Below the pieces are notes generated by a model. That model was not told the DNA's origin, ran no database searches, and worked only from the letters and a program-made list of their open reading frames with translations. Made by a program: the position numbers and the translations under genes. From NCBI GenBank assembly GCA_004431415.1, contig QPMI01000107.1, forward strand, positions 1-64,000: a stretch of DNA of 64,000 nucleotides, given 5' to 3'. Positions 10,391 to 20,500 of this stretch are shown here, in pieces; position 1 is the stretch's first letter, and each line of letters begins with the position of its first letter. Origin of the DNA: Cyanophora paradoxa CCMP329 (lineage: Eukaryota; Plantae; Glaucophyta).

Positions 10391-10742
10391 AGTCCGACCA
10401 AGAGACGTGTCCGGACCCTCCCTACTTTCTTTATAGATTATTGGAAAGGTCCGGACACTAGAGGAGGGAGGGCGTACATAAGTAGTCTGACCAAGAGACG
10501 TGTCCCGACCCTCCCAGATCTTTAAATTAATATCTGAGAGGGTCGAGACACTAGAGGAGGGCGTACATAAGTAGTCTGACCAAGAGACGTGTCCCGACCC
10601 TCCCAGATCTTTAAATTAATATCTGAGAGGTCGAGACACTAGAGGAGGCGTACATAAGTAGTCTGACCAAGAGACGTGTCCGACCCTCCCAGATCTTTAA
10701 ATTAATATCTGAGAGGGTCGGGACACTAGAGGAGGGCGTACA
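10391..10742 (+). repeat. Tandem array of 4 units (87-93 bp), each containing the 49-50-bp AT-core palindrome
   Basis: Palindromes at 10408-10457, 10501-10550, 10590-10638 and 10677-10725; linkers near-identical (CTAGAGGAGG..CGTACATAAGTAGTCTGACCAAGAGACG). Confidence 0.93.
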
Positions 10743-11390
10743 ACTTAAACTCGCGCAGCGCCGCCTGCTCCTCGCTGAGGTTCTCTGACTTCATTCGATC
10801 GCTGTAGGGCTCGGGCGGAGTTCCAGCCTTCACGTGCGACCAAAATAGATGTAAGCACCGCCGCATGAGCTGAATGTACCTCTCGTCCCGTCTGACGTAC
10901 CACGTTCGCACGCGCAGAGGCGTGAAGCAAAAAGTTCGGCCCACTCGCGGCCCGTTATGTCTAAAAGTCCTTGCAGCTGCGTCATGTAATAGGTAGGAAC
11001 CTTGTCGTAGAGTTCTTGTTTGTACGGACATTTTATTTCGAGTATGCGATCGTTTCCGATTAGCCCGTCCGGGCTCCCCGCCAGGAAGGGCAGTTCCTTA
11101 TGTTCGTGCAATCCAGTATGTTGCACGTCCACGTTATTGTTCAACGTTTTGTAGAGAGAGACCGCGAAGGGCTCATAGTCATGCCCGTAGGTTAGGGCAG
11201 GGTTGTCAAAGTTGTTTTCCTCCGCTATCCCGCTTAGCTCCGCCCACAGGCGGGCCCTGGATTTCCAGGGGTTTATACCGCACGCAGCCGCAAAATTAGA
11301 TGCAGTTAGTTTTTCACGGCGCGCCGCGTGCCACGCCGCGCTCCCCTGTTGTAAGTTCTCGCAAGTCTCGCAATCTGTATCGGTATGCAT
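10726..11390 (-). CDS. YqaJ-like viral recombinase / lambda-exonuclease family nuclease (one frameshift near 10935)
   Basis: QQGSAAWHAARREKLTAS, NPWKS, YGHDYEPFA, FLAGSPDGLI...LEIKCP (PD-(D/E)xK), YMTQLQG; C-terminus VRRDERYIQLM...FWSHV lies in the 10726-11031 frame. Confidence 0.9.
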
Positions 11391-11434
11391 AGCTTAGCCT
11401 CGCAGTAGCGTTTAGAATTTCTTGATGTGTGCGA

Positions 11435-12171
11435 ATGCATATGTCTGATAATCAGACTACCCTCCCACCGCTATCGGGGTACATCCGAGATTACACTAAG
11501 CAGGTAAACGGGCTGATCGGCTGGGTGAAAGAAGAGATCCCCAATACAATGCGAGACGGGGGCATGGCTGCGACGTATTTGCGCGATGTGGCACGCAGAG
11601 GCCTCGGGTCCAGGGTAGACATCCGAACGTATGAGCCGCCGGTGTACGAAATCGAACACAGGGACGACATGGGCAGGGTTCGCGATGAACTTCGCAAGCT
11701 CTGGTGGGCGTTCGGCTCGCGCAAGAGCCCCATGACCTACCTGCCCCAAGACGTTCAGAGAGTTATACTGGATCTCTTCCTGAATGCGGGCACTCGCACG
11801 GAGATCATCAATCGCCCGCTCAATATTTTGAAGCACTACTTCCAAGGCTTCGTTCACCACGCCAAAAACAAGGAAGATGAATGGGTGGTACCCTATGTCC
11901 CCCATCGGATTTGATCCCTGAAGGATGGGACGAAGAACAAGACAATATGGAAGAACGGTTCAAGAGATACAAGTATAGAAAACTGACGCCTGCCGGCCCA
12001 CCGTACGGCCCACCGGCGCCCACGGCGGAGCAGCGCCAAGAGATACTGCGGGAGGGTCAGATTCGCAGGTGGATGGAGTACAGCAATGATCCGACGAGCT
12101 GGTCGCCAGACGAGGCCGAGCTGCGGAAGCGCGCGAGGCTGCCAGGCCCTCGATACCCCGACCGCGAGTAG
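11435..12171 (+). CDS. Hypothetical protein with an F-box-like motif (ORFs 11429-11914 and 11881-12171 probably one gene, frameshift in the C-run near 11900)
   Basis: Adding one C to GTCCCCCATCGG fuses the frames (YVPPSDLIPEGW); motif YLPQDVQRVILDLF. Confidence 0.6.
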
Positions 12172-12205
12172 GGGTACAGGTATAAATTCTCACCGAGCCG
12201 CGAGC

Positions 12206-12700
12206 ATGGCGCGAACACGCGAGTCCGACGTGCTGTACAACAACGGCGACCTGGACGGGGAGATTCGACAGCGGAACGTGGACTTGGAGGATGCGAACGC
12301 AGTGCTGGAGGGAGGCGCACGTCCTCAGGGGCGGCTCGCCGGCGGAGAACTTCATGGAGCGCGTGCTCTACCTTGTGCGCTGGATTAGAGACGAATTCCA
12401 CGACGAGCGAGAGCTCCCGGACAGGGAGATGATCAGGGCCGCGGGCTTGATGGGTATGACAGAGAACCGAGATCGTACCTGAGGCGCGAACGCAGGGATC
12501 TGAACGGCGATTGGGCCGACCTGCAAGCGCTGTGGACGGCCTTTGCGAACCGCAAGAGCCAGATCCTTGCCCTGCCCGCGCAGGTACAGCAGCGTATCAT
12601 TGATTTCGTAGCCCCTGGCGCGACGAGTCCCTCCAGCAGCCATTCATGCAACCACGCTTCCTCTCCGGGCTCAGGAGCGCGTTCTTCCACTTGGCCGTGA
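12206..12700 (+). CDS. Frameshifted paralogue of the preceding ORF
   Basis: MARTRESDVLYNNG...; DLQALWTAFANRKSQILALPAQVQQRIIDFV aligns with ELRKLWWAFGSRKSPMTYLPQDVQRVILDLF; end uncertain. Confidence 0.55.
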
Positions 12701-13477
12701 GCAGCGACCGGTATTTCACACCGCAGAGGATCGTTCACGGCGAATTCGGCATACCCCCGAGTGGCTGAATTTTGCCACCGTACCCCTTCCCCACCCCGCC
12801 TCGAAGGCCCCCCTCCCCTACCCCGAGCAGCGTGAGTCACTCAAGCGTCAGAGGGAGGTACGCGAATGGATGGACGACACCAGCCACTGGGTACAGGGCG
12901 AGGCCGAATTACGCAAGTTCGGAAGGTTCGGGCAGTAACAGCGGGGGTACAGCATTCAGTTAGAGCCTGAGCATCGTTAGAGGCCGGGAGGCCCCCGAGG
13001 GGTACACCGGCTGTTACTCCCCGCGTCGGTTAGTGCTAGCCCCCCTGTTAGTGCAGCGTGTACCTGATCGCAATATAACACCCAAACCTCCGCGACGCGT
13101 GACTCATGCAACCTCCGAGGGTTAACAATGCATTGACAGCGAAGGGGCAAGCTCGAGAGCTCAACGCTTCACAAAGGCCCACGTATATATACATGTACAA
13201 GGCTATAGCTATCCAGGTTCTCAAAGTCCCTACGCCCTGTCATAGCATGTGGGGCCTTCGACACAGATTTTCCTGAGGCGTAGGGGGTGGGGCTCGTGAG
13301 GGGTGGGTGTGGACCCGGGGGGATGTGGCATCAGGAACAAGTTGATGGAAAAAAAAGCATGAGTATCATTTCGAATCGATGAGCAAGAAATTACGAAGGG
13401 GAAGAAATCCAAATTCACGCTGTCGATGGGAATGGGATCAGATCCTGCACTAAGTCCCTGAGTCCTGGAGAGCACAA

Positions 13478-13893
13478 GCCCCGAGCTCTCGCGGACTGCG
13501 CCCCGCGGACATCTGCGGGCGGACATCTCAGAGACCGTTGCGAGAGCCGCCCGGCCGCGCAGCCAGCTCACCTGGCCCGAAGAGCGAGGCCCGCTGGACG
13601 AGCCCCGAGCTTTCTATCCGCTTCGGCGCTCTGCGGGCTGCGGGCGCGCGCTACGGAGGGAATCTGCGAGCGGATATCTCAGAGACCGTTGCAAGAGCCG
13701 CCCGGCCGCGCAGCCAGCTCACCTGGCCCGAAGAGCGAGGCCCGCTGGACGAGCCCCGAGCTTTCGATGCGCTTGAGCGCCCTGCGGACTGCGAGCGCGC
13801 GCTACGGAGGGCATCTGCGAGTGAATATCTCAGAGATCGAGGCGAGAGCCGCCCGGCCGCGCAGCCAGCTCACCTGGCCCAAAGAGCGAGGCT
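13478..13893 (+). repeat. 151-bp tandem repeat, about 3 copies
   Basis: TCTCAGAGA...GCCGCCCGGCCGCGCAGCCAGCTCACCTGGCCC recurs at about 13526, 13677 and 13828. Confidence 0.9.
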
Positions 13894-14730
13894 CCCTGTC
13901 GAGAGTCTCCAGGCAGGGCTCGCAGTACTTCTGGTAGAGAGTAGACCAGGAGCCGGTCCTTTTCATGCGAAGCGAGTGCACTGCCTCGACTCCAGAGTCT
14001 GTGCGAAGGAACCCGCGGCGCTGAGCTCGAGACGTCGACTTCAAGGAGCTGATCGTCTTTCCAGGATCGTCTGTCCAGGCGCGCGATGGGAGTGTTCAAA
14101 GCTCTGCGCGGTCGAACAGCAGCGGAGCGGGAGGAATGAGCGGATCGGGAGGGATGAACGATGTTGCGAGCCGCGGTGCGGGCGCGATGTCAGCCGCGGA
14201 CGCAGAGATCGAGGAATTCACCTGAAGGCGCTCTCTCCCGACCGGCGCCCGGCCCCGAAAGGCAAGGGAACTGTGATGCTACCTCTCGGCTGCGTCTGCT
14301 GTACATGTGCGCTGCAGCTGCGGGCAGCGCTTTACGAGCAGCTGGGTCCCCTGATACGTATACCCCCCGCGGGTTTTTTTAGGTCCGCGCTTCGAACGCG
14401 GCCCGAATTCGAATTCCAGCGAGAGTTAAGGCCTCGCGCGCGGTCGGGAGTTGAAAAACGCATCCGTGACCATTTCCGGGTGCCCGGCGGCGCGCTCCGG
14501 CGACATGCATGGACTTGCATATGCACGATGTATGTGCCCGTTCTCGGCAGCCGGGCGAGCTACGGGCTCGCCGCTAGCTCGAACGCGTAGAGGAGGCCGT
14601 TCCCGGTTGTCTCCAACTCGTTCCGGCCGGCAATCCCGGTCGTGGCCTCAGGGAAACGGATTTGACGAGGGGGCATATGAAGGGGTATATACAAATTGAG
14701 CCGTTGGCTGCAAATTCAAGACTAGGGAGG

Positions 14731-14789
14731 TAATATATAGATCGAATATATATATATATATATATATAGCTATATATATAGCTATATAT
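14731..14789. repeat. (TA)n microsatellite
   Basis: Interrupted TATATA run. Confidence 0.85.
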
Positions 14790-14827
14790 GAACACTTGCA
14801 CTGTGACAAATTTTTACTGGCCCGCGG

Positions 14828-15365
14828 CCGATCACGATCATCCGATGATCGGATCATGATCACGCGTGTTTCTGGCCGCCGCCGGGCCGGGCACTCACGA
14901 TCCGATGATCACTGAGAATCAGCCACAGCCTGGCAGGCCCTGAGGACCGGCCGCGGGTGCCGTCGGACTGCGGGAGGCGTATCATAGTATCATGATCACT
15001 GATATGCCGGACGACCGTCAGCTGCAGACTGACCCTGGGCGGGGCGCCAGAAGCCCGCGGCCTCTCATGATCCGATGATCATCATGGCATGACCAGACTC
15101 AGTGACTGACGATCACTGATCATCGGATCATGAATCAGGATGATCATTGAATCCGATCATCGCGATCGGATCATGAAGCCTCCTTCAACGTTTCATCGAA
15201 TCAGAAACTTCCGAAGTTCCGGACTCTGGGAGTTCGGGCCCGCGCGCCGGGCCGGGACCCGGGCTTCGGCCCGCCGGCGGAAGCCTCAGGGCTTGCCAAG
15301 TTGATTATGAAGCCTGAAGCCTCTCGCCGAGTCGAGCTCAGAGTCTCATGATCATCGGATCAGAT
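14828..15365. repeat. Low-complexity GATC/ATCATG-rich tract
   Basis: Recurrent GATCATCGGATCATGA / TCATGATCCGATGATC words in both orientations. Confidence 0.6.
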
Positions 15366-16269
15366 CTACATGTACAAGGCTATAGCCTAGTAGATAGAAA
15401 TCTCAGAATCCGACGCTGTGACGCCGTGACGGTCTGCATGCAGCTGACCATGGCAGCACTAGCCCCTGCGCGTGGCCCAGTGGCGGCGCCCGCGGCCGCA
15501 GCCGGGCCTCCGGGCCTTCAAGGCTTCGTAATTCGAATTCGAATGTGGCCACCCCTGCTGACCACCCCTGCGCGGCAGCTGCAGCCTGCGGGCACATGGC
15601 CGGCCGCCGGGCTCGGCGAGCAGCTGCCGGCCCGGCGGAGCATCGGTGTCGTGGATCCGAAGTTGAAACCCGGGGCCTTTTGCATCTTGTTTAATTCTTT
15701 CATGCAACGCAGCTCCCCGTAGCCGGGAGCTCGAGGGAATTCGGGAAGCCCGGCCCGGAGGGACTTGGGGGCTACTCCGGGAGACTACTGCAGGCCATGG
15801 CCAGAAGGGGAGGGGGCGGGGGGGGGATTGGGGGGGGGGGAAGGGGGAGGGGCGGGGGAGGTGCGGAGGAGGGAGGGAGGGAAGGGGAGACGGAGACGGG
15901 ACGGATCACACTCACCGGGTCGTTGCACTTGTACCTGGACGGGTTGGATCGGACGATCTCGAGGGGGAGCGGCCGTTGCGCGCGCGCTGCGCAAAACTGT
16001 CAAACGGCTAAACGTGTCTGGACCGCGCGCGCGCGCGCGCTGCGGATGCATGCTAGGATATGCCACAGGCCCGACGCAGGCCGTGGCACGCCGCCGACTT
16101 CAGGCCGTACCTGTTGCACCCGTTGCTAAGCTGCGCCGCTGTGCAGCGCGGTCACGGCACGCAGTGTCCGACGGACCGGCGCCGGCGACTTCGACGGAAC
16201 TGCTCCGCTCAGCTGCACGGGCAACAAGCCTGCTCCGCGCCTGCAGGCAAATTGATGTAGTCGAGGCGC

Positions 16270-16950
16270 AAGTGGAGTGCGGATTCGCAAGACGGACGTT
16301 GACGTCGATAACAGCAGCAGACGCACCGCTTCCCCGTCCTGGAGGTATCAAGGACGTGACCTGGCGAGGCCAAACGTCAGCGGTCGCACAAGACAACGTG
16401 CGGCGGCGGCGAGCGCGGCACCGCACCCAGAAGAAGATACCAAGCACAGCGTACGGGTCAACCCAAGGCACGGGGGCGTCGAGGTACCAGATGTACGTGC
16501 CTGCGGCGGATCAGCAAGCCCCATGATACTGAAGGCTGTGAAGCGCACCGTAGCCCATGATGTCCTGGAGCACAACCTCTGCGAGCCACGCGTGAGTTTG
16601 AGCTTTCACGGCTGCCCGCCCGCGCGAGCTGCGCACCTGTGCTGTACCAGCGGCCCTGGAGGAAGCCGTCGTCGGTGGTCTGCGTCGCCCGCTTGAGAGT
16701 CAGGTGCAGCTTGCCCTGGTCGTCGACCCAGACGTCCTCGTCGCGGTTGGACCAGAAGTTGGCACCTGCGAGGGCTCGTGAGCTCAGGCGCGCGGGGCGT
16801 GCGGAACAGAAGCGGACGCACCAGGGTCAAGCTGCGTGAACTTGGCCACCTTCTTCGCCCAGACCTTGCCGGACCTGCGCGGAGAGCAAGGGGCGCGCAC
16901 AAGCAGGAGCGCGAGTCTGCGAGCACCGACGTCGAGGTCGACCGCGAGGC
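16270..16950 (-). pseudogene. Inverted DNA duplicate (exons plus introns) of the GH16 region 18408-19115
   Basis: Near-identical reverse-complement sequence; translations 16277-16696(+) and 18691-19110(-) match over long stretches. Confidence 0.88.
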
Positions 16951-17074
16951 TAGGCCGCCTGTATAGGCGACGCCAACGTCGCCAAGATCTAGATCTAGAG
17001 GGCCAGCTATAGGCATGCTCCATGTTCGAGTCCGTGTACCCGCCGTAACATGAACCCATCCGGTCATCCCATGA

Positions 17075-17182
17075 ATTCATATATATGTATATACACAAAA
17101 TATTTAATTCTAATATATATATGCATATATACGTATATATATTAAGTTATATATGCATATATGCATATATACTAATTAAGTT
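17075..17182. repeat. AT-rich TATATG/TATA low-complexity tract upstream of the giant gene
   Basis: Direct inspection. Confidence 0.7.
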
Positions 17183-17515
17183 ACCCTCACGTACACTCAA
17201 CCCGTCCCTCCATATACATGTGTCCGGTCCGCAATCCTCGATTGGCGTCGACGTCGGTACCAGTGCGGGACGGACGGCTTGTAAAGGCTACTAGGCTACT
17301 CAGGGTACGGTCGCGGACAGAGGTTCGCGACGCGACCTGCCAGGTCCAGCGGAGCAGCCAGCCGCCTCCAGGCACAGCTTCCAGTTCGCTGGAGCAGTGC
17401 AGGAGGTCGCCCTCGCGTTCTCCCGGCGGCTGTGCGCGGCAGATCGGAAGTTCTGGAGGTCAGCGTTCTGGAAGCTCAGTCGCGGCCCAGGCCTTCGCAG
17501 CCTGGGAGCGCACCC

Positions 17516-20500
17516 ATGGAAGGCGCCAGTAGGGGGGGAGGGCGCCGCAGGAGCCCAGCGCGAATCAGAACTCGCAGCATTCACACGGCATGCGTGCTCC
17601 TCGTACTTTTCGCGGTCGTATCGGCCCAGACTACCAGCGAGAGCAATCGCGCGACCAACCTCGTTTTCGTGGACCTGGATGCAGCCTCTGACTTCGCTAA
17701 GCTCGTCCCGTCCGCGCCTTACTGTCCCACTCTGAAAGGTGAGAGCGTCAACCCCTTTCAGCAAATCGGCACGAACATCTCGCCTGTTGCCTCTCTGAGT
17801 GCTGATTGCGCCTGTCCGCTTTCGCAGTTGACTCCTGGGCTGGCCGAAATGGCACCATTGCCGGATCGGTCTCGGTCTCAGGCACGACCGCGCCGCCATC
17901 GTTCGCTCTCGGTCCGCCGCAGTCGCTTATGCGCATCGTGTGCCAGTAGCAACAGCTCATTTTGATGTTCTTTGCAGCGACCGTGGAGTACCAGGTCGAT
18001 TTCGGCGTCCAGGAGTCGTACAACACCTACTACGGCAGTTGGTGGAACAGGTCAGCGCGCACATTTCGTGCATCATCGTCTCTGGTTTGATCGACCGACG
18101 GCTCTAACATCCTACGGTCCAGGCCGTCGGACGCGCAGCCGTCCGTGTCTGTTGCTGACGGCTCGTGGTCTGTGTCCGTGAACGATGGTGCGCTTCTTTT
18201 CAATGAAGCCCTTAGCTGGACGTTGCATCTAAGCGGATCGCTTGGCCGCGCAGCCGACCTCGTCAACCTGTACCTGGTGCCGTCGAGCGCATCGGTACCG
18301 CTGACGCAGGGCAACCGGTGCGCCCCGCAGGGCGACGCCGGGCTCCACATGCTTAGCGGTCTGTGATGCCGCAGGTATCTGCCGGACGCGCTGGAGTCGC
18401 TCGCTGTCTCGCGGTCGGTGCTCGCACTGGGCCCCACCACGCGGCAGCTGCAATGGTCATGACCCCGCGCTCCTGCTTGTGCGCCTGGGGCTGATGCTTG
18501 CTCTCTGCGCAGGTCCGGCAAGGTCTGGGCGAAGAAGGTGGCCAAGTTCACGCAGCTTGACCCTGGTGCGTCCGCTTCTGTTCCGCACGCCCCGCGCGCA
18601 TGAGCTCACGAGCCCTCGCAGGTGCCAACTTCTGGTCCAACCGCGACGAGGACGTCTGGGTCGACGACCAGGGCAAGCTGCACCTGACGCTCAAGCGGGC
18701 GACGCAGACCACCGACGACGGCTTCCTCCAGGGCCGTTGGTACAGCACAGGTGCGCAGCTCGCGCGGGCGGGCAGCCGTGAAAGGCTGGACTCACGCGTG
18801 GCTCGCAGAGGTTGTGCTCCAGGACATCATGGGCTACGGTGCGCTTCACAGCCTTCAGTATCATGGGGCTTGCTGATCCGCCGCAGGCACGTACATCTGG
18901 TACCTCGACGCCCCCGTGCCTTGGGTTGACCCGTACGCTGTGCTTGGTATCTTCTTCTGGGTGCGGTGCTGTGCTCGCCGCTGTTGCGCGCCGTCGTCTT
19001 GTGCGATCGCTGACGTTTTGTCCCGCCTCGTTCGCGACACCTGCAGGAGGAAGAGGCGGTGCGTCTGCCGCCGCTGTCTCGCATTGTCCGTCCTGCTTGC
19101 GTATCCTCACTCCGCTCGCGCTATCAGACCGGCATCTCCCCCTGGCGGCACCGTGAAATCGCGTTCGAGTTCAGCCAGTTCGGAGTGGGCGCCGACCCGA
19201 CGAACTTCCAGTTCGGCTCAGCCTACGACCCGGTCCGCGCTGGCGGCCATCTGCAGCTCGCGTCACTCGCGTCTCGCTCACTTACCCTGGGCCGCAGAAT
19301 CCGGCGATCGGCCGGCCGGAGAACGCGACGATTCGCGTCAACATCAATGACTTGAAGCAGGCGAAGAACGTTCCGGCGAGCCAGACCAAGTACACCCTGC
19401 ACTGTACGCGCTGCTCTCTCGTATCCCTCAATCTACAGAGAACCAATTTCACGCTTTTCAGTGACCTGGACGTCCGGCCGTGCTGTCTTCCGCGTCTATC
19501 CGGACTGGTCTGCGCTTGTCCATGACTGCGTCAGACGTACAGATTGTGAACTTGCATTCGGCAGGATCTGCAAGTCGAAGCTCATGACGAAGGTGGAGCG
19601 CGATGCGCAGACGCTTCTTGCGGAGGAGGTCATCGAGTACCCGGTCCGTCATCACGATTCATAAGCCTCGCTGTGGAATGTCGGAGTGACCTCCCTGCGC
19701 CGCAGAACATCCCTACGCCTGGCCGCCAGCGCGTCCGGATGAACATGTGGAAATTCCGTGCGCTCTGTGGACGAAGCTGCTATTGGCATACTGATGTTGC
19801 CTCGCAGCCGACACAACGGGCGGAGACCGCCAGCCCCAGGACCGGACTTACGAGGGTAAGCGCTATTCATCCTCTGTAAATCGCCCTTCTTCTTACACCG
19901 CCTTCTGCAGCGATTTTTGGTGGTTTCGACTACGTGCCAGGCTCGCTGCTCCGCTTCCCCCTGTTCTGCGACTGAATTCCAATTCTAATGGTTCTTTTGC
20001 AGGCGGACCGGTTCCTACCAGCGCGCAGATGCCGGACTGTACGACTGTCAAGGTCGCGTTCGACCAGGTGCCCGTTACATTCGTCTGTAGCTGCGCTCAA
20101 GCTCATAGCTTTTGTGCAGCGCATCGCGCTACCCCGCTCGAAGTCGCTGGTCTCCTTCTCGCCGTCTTTCGTCGGCTCCAACGCGGACCCTGCGGATCTC
20201 GCGAGCACAGACTGCTCGATGCTCGATGCCGCCTCGCTCGCCCTTGTCGGTGGCGCCGGTTCGTCTTGATGTATGTGTGCGTGTTCGCCTCGCGTGTCGC
20301 TTAGCGATGGCGCCAGATGCGAAGTGCACGATCACGGGCCCGAGCGAGATCACGATCCAGCTGGGCGCGTCCGCGACCGTCATGCCCGGCGCGAGCATCA
20401 ACCTGCGGCCCAACACCGTCGCGACTTCGACGGTGACCTGCGGCGACGCGGAGCCCCTCGTCACCTGGAGGGCCGTCGTGCCGTCGGAGCTGTCCAGCTG

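Larger units (their letters stand above)
1..13190. mobile_element. Putative endogenous DNA virus / virus-like element (boundaries uncertain; may extend left of the window)
   Basis: Tightly packed, mostly intron-less short ORFs with a shared upstream motif; UL9-like helicase; YqaJ nuclease; palindromic repeats. Contrasts with the intron-dense host genes to the right. No capsid or integrase recognised. Confidence 0.7.

Noticed and set aside
10391-10742. CRISPR array (palindromic repeats next to a PD-(D/E)xK nuclease)
   Set aside because: The intervening sequences are near-identical rather than unique spacers; there are no cas genes; the nuclease is YqaJ-type without Cas4 cysteines
1-13190. Assignment to Polinton-like virus, virophage, mirusvirus or NCLDV
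   Set aside because: No hallmark capsid, packaging ATPase, polymerase or integrase was recognised in the window; OBP and YqaJ are shared across several groups
13538-16526. ORFs 13538-14590, 15348-15722 and 15765-16526
   Set aside because: They run through tandem repeats or G-runs, and have no motifs or coding-like composition
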